A stretch of 55,565 nt of DNA, filler included, from Porpidia crustulata (GCA_964255105.1; 3 parts of 3 records of this genome joined end to end with filler, not necessarily neighbours in it); one strand, 5' to 3'; counted from the whole stretch's first letter, positions 13,640-24,703 are shown. Notes: generated from the letters alone by a model not told the origin. Translations and numbers: made by a program.

Positions 13640-15342
13640 ATGGCTCAGGGGTATTATCTCCTCGCCTACTTTATACTCATCGCACTTTATTGTCGGCGAC
13701 TTTTCCGCAACTATCAAACTCGCCAGGTAAGTCTTGGCATGCTCTCTCAGACGAGATGCATGCTAACATGAGAAGCAGGCCGACAAACTGTTTGCGGAGC
13801 AGCATGGATGTCTACCTGCGCCTCGAATTGAGAACCAGAGACCCTGGGGAGTAGATCGACTCGAGCAGATCTTCCGAGGCGATAGAGAATGTCGCTTGAT
13901 GGAACTCTTTCTGTTCCATTTTAGGCAAACTGGAAACACTGTCGAACAAGTTTTTATTGGCTCGACTGCCTTCGACACGATTGAACCTGCCAATCTCGAG
14001 GCCATACTTTCAACCAAATTTCAAGGTATCTATCTGACAGATACCCAACTCCACCATTACATCTGGAAATATCTAAAATCCAGCAGATTTTGATATGGGC
14101 CCGCGTCGAGACATAACACTTCCCATGTTCGGTGACGGCATCTTCACTCAAGAAGGTCCAGCATGGAAGCATTCTCGAGACTTACTACGAACTCCACTCC
14201 AGCATAAACAATACGAGAATTTAGACGTTTTCAGGCAAAGTGTAGAGGACTTGACCGACATCCTACGCAGTCAACCTGGTGTTGTTGATCTGCAGCCCCT
14301 CTTCTTCCGTCTTACCCTCGATATTACAACGGAATTTCTTTTTGGCGAGTCAGTAAATAGTCTTAAAGCACCCAAGTCCGTCGGCGAGCAAAGCTTTGGC
14401 GAAGCATTCAATACAGCCCAGGAGTTCGTAGCGACCCGCTTTCGGCTCCCTGATTTTTACTGGGCAATAGGAGGGGCTAAGTTCAAGAAGGCTTGCAACA
14501 ATGTGCACTACTTTGCGGATCAGATCATTGATCGCAATCTGTCGCGCAGCTCTGCAAAAAATCGCGTCTTTCTGGATGTTGTGGCTGAGAGCACAGCGGA
14601 TCGCGATGCTTTAAGAGGCCAAATTATCAACCTTCTCGCAGCAGGTCGAGATAGCACAGCTTGCTTGCTCACATGGACTTTCTTCCTGCTCGTTCGTCAT
14701 CCGAAGGCCCTGGAGAAGCTGCAAGAGGAAATCAATCGTAATTGCCTCGAATTAGCGAGTTTTATGCGGACAGACCTTCGAAAAATGGGCTACCTTCAAA
14801 AAGTCCTCAAAGAGACTTTACGACTGTACCCATCTGTCCCTGTAAACACCCGTACTCCAAACAAGGCTACTGTACTTCCAACTGGCGGAGGCCCAGATCG
14901 GACTGCTCCAGTGTTCATTCCGAAGGGCTCGACCGTAGCTTACTCCGTATACGCCATGCATAGACGGGTGGACCTATACGGCATGGACGCTGAGCTTTTC
15001 CGTCCAGAGAGATGGGACGAAGACATGCCGATGCACCTTAGCAAGACCAACGAAGCGTGGGGATACCTTCCTTTCAACGGAGGCCCCAGGACGTGCCTCG
15101 GAAGTAAGTCTCATTTCAACCCAGAGCATCGTGGCAAATGTACTGACTGAAGTCTTTGTTTAGTGGATTTTGCGCTTACCGAAGCCGCCTATACAGTGGT
15201 CTGCCTCCTTCGGCAATTTCCTTCAATACGATTACCAGCGGGCCAAAAGGTCGAGCTTACTGGCGTAGAGAAGCAGACCGTGACTCTCGTAATTCAATCA
15301 ACAGAAGGTTGTATGGTTGACACTACTTCTAGAGAAGAGTAG
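13640..15342 (+). CDS. Cytochrome P450, CYP52 clan (alkane/fatty-acid hydroxylase-like)
   Basis: N-terminal TM anchor, GDGIFTQEG..WKHSR, I-helix AAGRDST, ETLRLYP, PERW, heme motif FNGGPRTCLG; three introns; last exon MDFALTEA...* ends TAG at 15340-15342. Confidence 0.92.
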
Positions 15343-15396
15343 GAGAACAGTACAGCATTAATTGATTTGGAGTAGATTTCAACAAATGCCAAAGAA

Positions 15397-16531
15397 CTAT
15401 CGCAGCAGCTCATCTGCTTCCTGAGAGCGTTTCGAGTCTAGCATCTCAATAGCATACTTCCAACGTCGCGAGATGACCTCAGGAGCTTCCTTTGAGTACC
15501 GGATCAAAGCGGCCACAACGATTCTATATCCAGGAGAGGTGTTACTCTCGAACTTACACATGTTCACATGGTCATAGGGAAGACCGGCTCGTTCCGTATT
15601 ATCTAATATTGGTGCTGCGGAAGACTCTTCGACGACCTGCCAGGCATCAGCAGTGAAGATCTCCTTCCAGAAAGGCAGATTTACATACGAAGTCCTGGGT
15701 AATTCCCATATTCATCTTTTCCTGCTCCCAGAAGAAGAAAATATGAAATTTCTTCATGAGCGGTACAAACATGTCGGTGATATTCTGCAGCACCTCTGAG
15801 CCTTCTTGTAGGGCATCAAGAAGCTGGCCTTCGGTGTCTACGACCTTGGAGGGTGCCAAGGCTCCGATCATGCGACGAGTGGTTGAGGCGAGCTTGACTT
15901 TGTTGCTACCGTCATGAGGCGTTCCCAAGAACAAAATCCCAAATGTCGAGACGTAGATCGAATGCACGTGCTGAACATACTTGCTGGTCCTGCTTGCAGA
16001 GTACGCCAGTGCCTGTAAATAATCAAACTTTGACTCCCTTCTGCTTCTGAGAGACCTCATGCATCTTACCCGTTTCACGATAATGCCACCAAGTGAGTGG
16101 CAAATAAAGATGATCGGCCGTTGCGTCGCGTCTTCCAGCTATTCTCTCGGTCTTAATAGCCAGAGTGGTCACCATGCGGTCCAACAGGCTTACCTCGCGG
16201 TCTGCCACCAGTTCGGCGACCAACGTTTGCGCATGTTGCAGAATACGATCTGACGAGGTCTTACCCAACACTGACATTACCATCGCGTTGTAACCATAAG
16301 TCAGAACGCGAGAATTCTTCAGATGCGAGGGCAGGAGGCCGGGATCCTTGAGCCACATCTTATCTGATCCTCTCGATGTCCATGTCGTGAACGGATCGCC
16401 ATTGAGCCCATGTACGGCAACGACGCTGTGCGCATTAGTAGGCTATCGTAAACTCGCGAATGAATCTTCACATGCTCCACAATCGGATCGCTACCTCTAT
16501 ACAATTCGGTCAGGCCGGTATTTGGCGTCAT
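15397..16531 (-). CDS. Stand-alone SesB/PGAP1-like alpha/beta hydrolase, paralogous to the NLR N-terminal domain
   Basis: Five exons: MTPNTGLTELYRGSDPIVD-VVAVHGLNG..MWLKD..RVLTYGYNA..LVAELVADRE..RPIIFICHSLGGIIVKRAL..FLGTPH..FFFWEQ..VVEESSAAP..DHVNMCKF..RW..EADELLR*. Nucleophile-elbow Ser codon at 16094-16096. First intron is GC-AG (16426-16475). Confidence 0.88.
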
Positions 16532-17220
16532 ACGTAGAGGGGTCCCTAAACGAAGTCCGAGAGACAAGTACGGGACACTTCCACGACAATATGAAAAACA
16601 GTTGATCAAAGGCAAGACAGGTCCGAGGGGGATATCGTAGGATGAGCTAAAGGAGAAACGCTAAGCGTTGCGTAATGTGCTGTTATATAATCATAATATA
16701 TTCAGAGAAAACTGTTTCACGACATGTGTAACCTGAGACCATGCACTGCTTCATCTAGTGCAGGATCGTTACTTAGGGAGTGTCCAGCGTTACTCGTCCC
16801 CGGCTGAGAGTACAGCAGCATGCAGGGGGGCAGAAAAATCCATGCCGCATAACTCGATCCCTACCAATATCAATCAGATTTGACGATTGTTTCATGGAGG
16901 TTTTTGTCGTCTAATCTTGTTTTTGGCGTTCATCGTCACTTGACTTTGTTGCGTTCAGGTGGTGTGTTCCACAGATACAGTTGCAAATTTGGTGACGATG
17001 GGTAGCAGTGGAGGAGATTTTTCACATATAGAATTTTAACCGAAGGTCTTTCGGGTACTCAATAAGGCTACGCGGTTAGAACTTCCGTGGAAGATTCCAT
17101 CGACGAGTCGGCATCAATCACGTTTACAAATCATTGTCGATACCTTCACCACCCTCAACCGCCGAAACCATCGTCTTCGAAATCCGTCTTCGCCTGCAAG
17201 AGCTCGCTTTCTGTGTTATC

Positions 17221-18222
17221 ATGGCCGAGTCTCCTGACACAATGCAGCCTTCGATTTCGAAAGCTCCACCAGAGGAAGCTTCAATCACCACTACCATTGT
17301 ACACCATGGAACGCCGCACACCTTCCCTTTTTCCCCTTCTTCAACCGTCGTTGATCTTTCCAACGCGATCCACGCCAGCCTCGCCATTCCCAGTGAAAAC
17401 CAGAAATTCATGATAACCCCCAAAATCGGCATCCTGAAACCTCCGTTCGCCACTATCCCCCTTACATCCCTCCTCTCTAAGAAAATAATCCTACTTGCCC
17501 CTACCCCTTCCGAGCTTTCCTCCCTCCAAGCGGCCTCCTCCGCTCGCTCTAGCTCTCGCCCCAGCGTCCTCAAACCGGTAGCCCCTTCGCGAAACCGCGA
17601 TTGGCGCAAGGCTCAAGACGAAGCAACATATACCTTCCACACCATTATTCCTCTTTCCTATCTCCCCGAACCGTCTCGCTCCCAACGCTTTCTCGAGCGC
17701 CTCCGAGATGATGCCGGCATCAAAGCCAGCATGCGCAAGCATCAATTCTCTGTTGGTATTTTAACAGAAATGAACCCGGCAGATCACACCACACACGAGT
17801 CTCGGACACTAGGTCTTAACCGCAACAGAGGCGAAGTCATTGAATTGCGCCTACGGACGGATGCGTACGATGGGTACAGGGATTACAAAGTCATTCGTAA
17901 TACGCTGTGTCATGAGTTGGCACACAATGTCTTTGGAGAACATGATAAAGACTTCTGGGCGCTGACCCGAGATATCGAGAAGGAGGTCTCGGCGAACGAT
18001 TGGAGGAGTGGAGGACATGCACTCTCAAATCAACATTTCTATGATCCAGGGGATCATGGTCTGGACGGAGAGCACGTGGATAGTGGAGGCTGGACAGGTG
18101 GAGAATTTGTCGTTGGCGGAGCGTCCGGAAACGGGATCAGCAGAAGGGAAGCAATGGCGAAGGCTGCGGAGGAGAGAATGAAGAAGCAGCGCGATGCTGG
18201 GAAAGGAGGTACGAAGGAGTAA
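17221..18222 (+). CDS. Ubiquitin-like + WLM-domain zinc metalloprotease (Wss1 family, DNA-protein crosslink repair type)
   Basis: N-terminal UBL-like segment (HHGTPHTFPF..TVVDL..IPSENQKF), WLM motifs LTEMNP, LGLNRNRGEVIELRLR and HELAH; intronless. Confidence 0.88.
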   Translation: MAESPDTMQPSISKAPPEEASITTTIVHHGTPHTFPFSPSSTVVDLSNAIHASLAIPSENQKFMITPKIGILKPPFATIPLTSLLSKKIILLAPTPSELSSLQAASSARSSSRPSVLKPVAPSRNRDWRKAQDEATYTFHTIIPLSYLPEPSRSQRFLERLRDDAGIKASMRKHQFSVGILTEMNPADHTTHESRTLGLNRNRGEVIELRLRTDAYDGYRDYKVIRNTLCHELAHNVFGEHDKDFWALTRDIEKEVSANDWRSGGHALSNQHFYDPGDHGLDGEHVDSGGWTGGEFVVGGASGNGISRREAMAKAAEERMKKQRDAGKGGTKE

Positions 18223-18437
18223 AGTGCAGGCTTTTCATCACTTGATGATGCGAATCCATATAACGGTGGTAGGAAAGTGTAGTGGTGTCTAAGAAGGCGT
18301 CACCTGTGACCTATGGATGCATTTATGAAGGTAGATACGGACTATCATACGATGAATTGACTGAAAGGAATTTTGAAATGGCAAGCGGCTGTTTTAGCAA
18401 GCCGAGCGAGCTCACATAGATAAGATCTTATCTACTC

Positions 18438-18488
18438 TACTCGTTCCCACCCCCAAACGGTCCGCACCCCCAAACGGTCCGCGCTAAT
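18438..18488. mobile_element. Terminus of a pogo/Fot1-like DNA transposon (TIR with internal direct repeat), cut by the contig end
   Basis: TA + CTCGTTCC + (CACCCCCAAACGGTCCG)x2 immediately before the N spacer; a near-identical 33-mer recurs at 24448. Confidence 0.6.
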
Positions 18489-18588
18489 NNNNNNNNNNNN
18501 NNNNNNNNNNNNNNNNNNNNNNNNNNNNNNNNTTAATTAATTAANNNNNNNNNNNNNNNNNNNNNNNNNNNNNNNNNNNNNNNNNNNN
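18489..18588. other. Artificial contig spacer (N44-TTAATTAATTAA-N44)
   Basis: 100-nt block whose core gives stop codons in all six frames; identical to the spacer at 37066-37165. Confidence 0.97.
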
Positions 18589-18690
18589 TGTGGTTGGGTG
18601 GCATTTTGGTGTTTTATTGAAAGTCGTGTTTTCGTGGGGGGCGTGGCCAACTAGAGGGTTTGGCCAACTAGGGGGTAGATCACCTTAGTA
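18589..18690 (-). mobile_element. 5' end of a Fot1/pogo-like DNA transposon including a probable transposase start (MPPNH...), truncated by the gap
   Basis: Reverse complement reads TA-CTAAGGTGATCTA-CCCCCTAGTTGGCCA-AA-CCCTCTAGTTGGCCA...CAAAATGCCACCCAACCAC: a TA target site, a TIR with two internal direct repeats and an ATG at 18604. MPP starts are typical of fungal Fot1-like transposases. Confidence 0.6.
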
Positions 18691-18959
18691 TGTTCGCATC
18701 CCTAGGACAACGTCTCACTGGTTTGTACAGTGGGCTGCCAGGATTATCGGGCACCATACCTACTCAGGCTGGTTCACAAAAGGTTGATTTTAGGCAGAAA
18801 CTCTCGCTTCCGTGTCCGAAGATTAAAAACCAGGTACTTAGAAAGATACGGTACATTCGAAGTAACCAACACAGGTAACCCAAATTATGTACACCAGTCA
18901 CCAAGAGGTGCCAAAAGTCCCTGGAGCAGTTCAATAGACGGGATTGTCTCGCTTACTAG

Positions 18960-19044
18960 TACACACCCCTAGTTCGGCCACGCTGACTTCAACTCGATCA
19001 TGCAACCCTAACCCTTAGCATGGTGGCCGAGCTAGGGGTGTGTA
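18960..19044. mobile_element. 85-bp MITE-like element with 22-bp TIRs and an internal AACCCTAACCCT
   Basis: TACACACCCCTAGTTCGGCCAC (18960-18981) versus GTGGCCGAGCTAGGGGTGTGTA (19023-19044), 21/22 complementary, TA at both ends. Confidence 0.75.
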
Positions 19045-19631
19045 TGGGTAAGGTAAGTACTCCGGTGATGGATGACACTTGTGATTAGAAAGAACTTTTT
19101 CATGCAGCCAGACAGAAGCTTACTGCTAAGACAAGGCAAAAGGGATCGTTAATTCAATGTGAGTTATGGAATGTTTGAGCAGAACTCATTCAAAGCAGCA
19201 GCGAGCGTCAAAACTCTTGCACTCGAAAGTGACGACTCGTTAATGGATATACAGTTCAAAAAACTTCATCCAAAGTGAGCAGTGTGATCATGACTGCACG
19301 TGTACAGCAGAACAACACGAATCAAGTTATGCTGAAAGCGATACCTAGTGATCTTGAATTTCGTCATGGTTTGTTACTGAAACATTTAAATCCCATGCGC
19401 TCATGAGAAGTCCTTCACATAGTAAAATTAGGTTGGCATTGGCGTTTTGCAAGGTAAGGATGAACTCCAGTAGCCGCCATCATGTCGCTTGCCACTTGGT
19501 TATTACCTATTTATTAGCCGCGATATCAAACTTGCGTCCTCAATCCTCAATTAGAGAAATACAGACAGAACAACCCGGCATGAGAGGCCATATTTTCGCA
19601 GAACTCGCGATTTCACATACTGTTAGAGTCA

Positions 19632-21137
19632 ATGGTCAATATTTCGTCGCCCAAGATTGAGCATGAGCTTTTCATGTCATGGGTCAAAGCTCAAGGTGTC
19701 GGTATATTTGGTGTTGAACCAGCCCAGATCGAAGGGCACGGCTTAGGAATAGTTGCGCATAGGAAAATCGAGGTACAATGGATAATTTAGTCCAGAAAAC
19801 ACAGCTGTCGGCTAAGCAAGATGTCAGGCTGGCGAGGATATTGTAAGGGTACCAGCTTCTGCTCTTCTCAGCACAGAATCAATTTGTGCAGGCTTCCGTG
19901 ACAGAATCAATTGCAAAGATCTCGACGTTCATGGCTTGTTGGCTTCATTCCTAGCTTTCGGTGGCAAAGACGTTCTTCCTTACGCACCTTGGCAAGCTAC
20001 ATGGCCCTCCCCTGCAGACTTTCGGGATTCGATGCCTGTCCTATGGCCTCTGGAGATGAGGGACTGCTTCGCGGGCAAACGAAGCAATATGATAATGGAG
20101 GAAAAGTTCTTCTCCCTACCCCCTAATATTGGAGGGCAAAGGACCACTCTGATGACCCAATCGCCAGTGCCATGTTTGTTACTGCAGCAGGAAAAGAAAT
20201 TGAAGAAAGCTTGGACAACTGCATCCAAGGTCTTTCCCGATTCAACATATGAAGCATTCAGCTACTTTTGGCTCGTTGTTAACACCAGAAGCTTCTATTT
20301 CGAGCTCCCAGGAAACAAAGTTCAACCAGCTCGAGAAGATCGAATGGTACTTTGTCCCTTTGTGGACTATTTCAACCATGCCGATCACGGGTGTAAGGTA
20401 TCTTTCAATGCGACTGGTTTTACCGTTACAAGCGATAGAACCTACGGTAGAGTTTCATCTCGTTAGTACGTACGCAGAAACTAATGAAGCGCAGACGTGG
20501 GGGAGGAGATCTACACATCATATGGCAGGCATAGCAACGATTTCCTGATGGTCGAATGTACGTAGCACAAGTCTCAATTGGCCTTTGAAGAACTAACGCC
20601 ATGACCACCAAAGATGGGTTCATTCTTGATACCAACAAATGGGATTCCCTACCTGTCACCGACTTACTTCTACCAATGATCAAGTTGCCGTGGAGACACC
20701 GACTGGAACGTGCAGGTTATCTCGGGTGATAAACCCCACGCACCAAAAACACATTAGGTCTGACTTTGTGCTCAAGGGACTACACCGTTAGCCCTGAAGG
20801 TGTCTGCCACCGTACCCAAGTAGCTGTGCGGACGCAGACTTTGACTCGCCGAAATTGGTCGAAGTATGTGGCCGGTCTTGAAGTAGATGACGCAGACAAC
20901 GAGGTTAAGGCAGACGCGCTAATCTTATCCCGGATTCTGGAAGTTTATTATGCTGAGGCTGAACACGCCTTGATTTGTATGGTAGAGTGTGCGGATAGGA
21001 TTAAGCAACAACCAAGGGAAGTGCTGGTGAGGAGATGGTCGCAGATTAAAGAGCTGGTTGTAGAAGCTGTCAAAAATGGGATTAATGCGACGGAAGGAGC
21101 GAGGTTTTTGAGCGAGAGGATAGGATTATCAAGCTAA
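19632..21137 (+). CDS. SET-domain lysine methyltransferase (SETD4/Set11-like, non-histone type)
   Basis: GHGLGIVA SAM-binding motif, WLVVNTRSFY, LCPFVDYFNHAD and SYGRHSNDFLMVEYGF after splicing about four introns. Confidence 0.85.
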
Positions 21138-21268
21138 TCAACGAATTGTGTCTGATGTAAGAAATGCGCAATATTTACAACGATTCAAGGATTATCCTCC
21201 GTTTTGCGGTAGACACCGATGCAATTTAGCCGCGTCGCCAGACACCCAAATGAACATTAGCCTCCATA

Positions 21269-22693
21269 TTATGGACGTATCGGTAGAAGATCATCATTCT
21301 TTTTTACAAGGCTTGCTTTCGCTTTTACCTCGTGTAAAAGCATGTAGTTTGTCACACACTTGATACCAAGCTCCTCACCCCTCCTGATTATATAGCCAGT
21401 AACATAATCTATATCGTTTCTCTGTCCGGACCGAACATCGCGCAGCATAGAGCTAGCACTCTCAGCGGTCTTGTCCGCGATATAAATCGTCTGCATCTCA
21501 AGACGATCAGGCCCAAACCGCACTTTGACGTTCGGTACATTTTGAAGCTCTGGTAATGACCTGATGACCAGCGATATCTCGGCCAGTAGTAGCCTCATAA
21601 TCCGGGAAACGCTAAGTTTATTTATGAGCTCACCATTCGTACAACCAAGCACAGAAGTCAAGGGGCCAATAATGGCATTGACCGCAAGTTTTTCCAACTG
21701 GATCTGTAACAGATCTGTTGGAGGAAACGCCACTGCCGCTAGCACTGGTGTCCTGGTCATAGTTCGGAGAAGATAGCGGGCCGAGGGAGTGGTTCCATAT
21801 ATTGAGAATTGACCGCCAGGTTGTCGAGGAAGTAGGCCAAAAGCAGTGGTACCTATGCCTTCGTGAACGATCGTATAAAGCTCGCTAGGACGCGAATGTA
21901 CTCTATGGCTGGTAATTCCAACTACATAGTTTGGGCGGGTGCTTTCATCTGGGAAAACTTTTTCGTTCAATTCTTCAACTATACCCATTCCGTTTTGCAG
22001 TAATACGATGGTAGATTCTTGGCTGAGGCGGTGGGCGATCGACCATACCGCTCCCAAGACGTTCGATGCTTTGACAGAAATTATAATATTGTAGATGGGG
22101 TTCCAGCTGGCTCCTTCGGCTTCGTCCGTATCTGCGTTCATGGTTTGTTCTCGCTCCTCTGGTGTTAGCACCGCATTTTCCACATCATGCAATACCCCAC
22201 GTTCTATTTCTATTCCTGCTTCTGGGGAATGGGACCCGATTGGCCCGTCAACTAGGTACTGGCTGTTTCGAGAAATAAACTCCACCTCGAACCCACGTCG
22301 GATCTCCGTGAGACCATTTGTAACCACTTGGATACAAGAATCGTGTTCCCGCCAAGTGGCCAACGAGCTAGGACGGCGAAAACATAGAGTTATGGGCGGG
22401 CGGTTAGGGATGCCTGCGAATGCATGTGCCACGAATTTTCCAATATTACCGGCGCCCAGTATATGAATCCTTCTTGATACTGTCTTGCGACTCTTGGATG
22501 TTAGTGCTTCCCTTCCATTTTTCGGCAGCGCCTTATCCCAGTCCATCTTTGAGGTTACGAGCTGCAAATTTTCATTTGTAGGGCCTGTATCTGTCTCCAG
22601 ACTACCGTCTTCGTCATCTTTCCTCCTCGGCCACCAATAACAGGAGTGTGTGGTAGAAAAGTTCTGGTGCGTGACCACCTGGCCCAAGCTCAT
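21269..22693 (-). CDS. Ketopantoate reductase (PanE/ApbA) family protein
   Basis: IHILGAGNIG Rossmann motif, SVKA, LLQNGMG, EKLAVNAIIGPLT, SSMLRDV..G..NDIDYVTGY. The start is uncertain; the first in-frame ATG was used. Confidence 0.85.
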   Translation of the reverse strand: MSLGQVVTHQNFSTTHSCYWWPRRKDDEDGSLETDTGPTNENLQLVTSKMDWDKALPKNGREALTSKSRKTVSRRIHILGAGNIGKFVAHAFAGIPNRPPITLCFRRPSSLATWREHDSCIQVVTNGLTEIRRGFEVEFISRNSQYLVDGPIGSHSPEAGIEIERGVLHDVENAVLTPEEREQTMNADTDEAEGASWNPIYNIIISVKASNVLGAVWSIAHRLSQESTIVLLQNGMGIVEELNEKVFPDESTRPNYVVGITSHRVHSRPSELYTIVHEGIGTTAFGLLPRQPGGQFSIYGTTPSARYLLRTMTRTPVLAAVAFPPTDLLQIQLEKLAVNAIIGPLTSVLGCTNGELINKLSVSRIMRLLLAEISLVIRSLPELQNVPNVKVRFGPDRLEMQTIYIADKTAESASSMLRDVRSGQRNDIDYVTGYIIRRGEELGIKCVTNYMLLHEVKAKASLVKKNDDLLPIRP

Positions 22694-23134
22694 GTCAACT
22701 TGTAACCATACCAATGGCCAGCCGGATCTTCTGGCCCAAGCCCGTGAGAGCGGCCACCCGAAAATGCAAGGAGACAGGATGAGGGGCTGGGCCCAATGCT
22801 GCGGACAAATCGACGTAAGGTCACAATAACATGTAAAAGGTTCGCGATAATCAGCTTGATGCTTAAAGCGATATCGTGGACTGAGATCGAAGTATCGTCC
22901 TTGTAATGATTTGGGAGATGGTTGTGTCCTATCAAATGTCTTACATCACCAACAACAGATGAGAAAACCTGACTCATGGAAGTATGAATGACTCAGCATA
23001 CCTTAGTTATCCTTGTTTAGCTTCCACTAGTCCCTAAGGCATTATTGGACATCGAGATTTACCAGCTTGCCAGCATCCGAGGTAGGCATTCGTATGTCTA
23101 CAGCTCATTGGAAAATCACCGAGTGCGTGTGAGA

Positions 23135-24017
23135 ATGGAAAAAAGTGATCTAGTACCACTCATCGAGTTCCTTGACAGCAATATTGATGATTTGGAGGAA
23201 GCAGTGTCGCTGCTGCTCAAGAACAATCTGTCCGAGATTGCCAGCAAACTTCCTCTCCTAGACAGATCACAACTTTACGTTCTCATTACATACTCTATTG
23301 AGTCAATTTTGTTTTGTGTGTCTCATTCCAAGTTCCTGGTTACCACTTATTAATTAGGACAGCGTACTTACGATTGAAAGGCATTCATGCAAAAGTACAT
23401 CCTGTATTTCGAGAATTGATCAGGGTGAAACAATATTTCGAAAAGATCATGACTGTTAGATCTGATGGTCCGAGTAAGAGATCAGCGACTGTGGACAAGG
23501 CTACCGTACAAAGGTTTATCAAACATGCGCTGACAGCGAAGAAGCCTTACGATGTCATTCAAGAGAAACATAACCAGGAGATAGACCCTGGCACTCATGT
23601 CAGTTTCAAGTCATCTCCGAATAAGCATATAATAAACGGCGCTCGAAGTATTGCGTCGGCCTCTCAATCTTCCTCGATGAGTAGCACCGACTCAGAGCGG
23701 ATGATCCCTAGTACTACCACTTTGGGGTCCACCACGGAGCTATTCAATGCAGACTCCCAAAAGAAGCGCCCAAGGCATGTAGGGGTGAATGAGAAGTATT
23801 GCGAACGCCAAACCAACGACAAGACTAAGCCAAGAACTAACGGTGAGACTCTATGGTGCTAGCTCACTGCCTGCCTACTAAGAACCAAAAATCAGAGTCA
23901 ACTATCCTTGATGATTCACCACAACCTCCGCCAGCATTTGATAGCAATACCAAGGGACACATATTAAAAAGAAGGGATCGTAAGCGTGCACGCCGAGCAA
24001 CAGCTAAACGAGTATAA
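23135..24017 (+). CDS. LRP1: Exosome-associated C1D/Rrp47 (Sas10/Utp3/C1D family)
   Basis: LPLLDRSQLYVLITYSIESILF|AYLRLKG..HPVFRELIRVKQYFEKI..VDKATVQRFIKHAL; basic C-terminus; two introns. Confidence 0.85.
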
Positions 24018-24447
24018 GGGTCTATCTTGCGCGGACAGAGACTACTTCGCTAGTCTTTCGACAGCCCCGACAGCGAGTTGGGGTTGAGTCCGCAGCAAAG
24101 GTCTAGATATCGGCTGGCTTATTGAGAAAAGTTCAGGCACCAAGACTTGCAGCCATGGTCACGCTTTAACAGGCGCTGATTATACTGAATCGTAGCCTGC
24201 GCGAGATGATATCTCCTGCGGATCCGTGAGGGATAACCATTACAAACTCACCATAGCTAAGGCTTCTGGAAAATTTCCTGCAAGGATTGTAAACATGGTC
24301 CAAGGATCATCAATCAACAAGATTGTAGGGATTCTAAAGTAGTTAATGGTATTTAACGTAATTTCCAGTATTACCTCCGTGGAAGTGAACCTCATAATCG
24401 TTTTGCTGTCATTGCATTTGTCGCAATTCATTTTTTAGGATCCATGA

Positions 24448-24556
24448 TACTCGTTCCCATCCACCAACGGTCCGCACCCCCCGCCCCAATCAAAACTAGT
24501 CGACATAACCCTAACCCTAGGTGCTGCGGACTGTTGGGGGGTTTAGGTCTGGACTA
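24448..24556. mobile_element. Degenerate miniature element related to the TIR at 18438, with an internal TAACCCTAACCCTA
   Basis: 24448-24480 matches 18438-18470 at 30/33 nt; partial inverted arm TGCGGACTGTTGG at 24525-24537. Confidence 0.6.
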
Positions 24557-24703
24557 CTGAAGTGCCGCTTTCCCGCTGACACAGTTCTTTCGAGTACACT
24601 CTTGACTTACTCCTCTCTTCAATCCGTCATTTTCTCATAGTCCCCATTTCAAAGCCCTACGCACAACAGTCCAGCTTACTTATCGACTGAATCCAGATCA
24701 ACC

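Noticed and set aside
17221..18222. UBL-WLM protease as a fourth member of the NLR module
   Set aside because: A widely conserved housekeeping-type gene; it is divergent from the hydrolase, but nothing in the sequence ties it to the module.
18448..18482. Short direct repeats resembling a CRISPR or iteron array
   Set aside because: Only two abutting units with no spacers, in a eukaryotic context; better explained as transposon TIR sub-repeats.
18533..18544. TTAATTAATTAA palindrome inside N runs (also 37110-37121)
   Set aside because: Identical six-frame-stop linker centred in 100-nt N blocks; an assembly or concatenation artefact, not biology.
22690..22977. 95-aa ORF just upstream of the ketopantoate-reductase-like gene
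   Set aside because: Different frame and no family features; I could not build a convincing splice or frameshift joining it to the main ORF.
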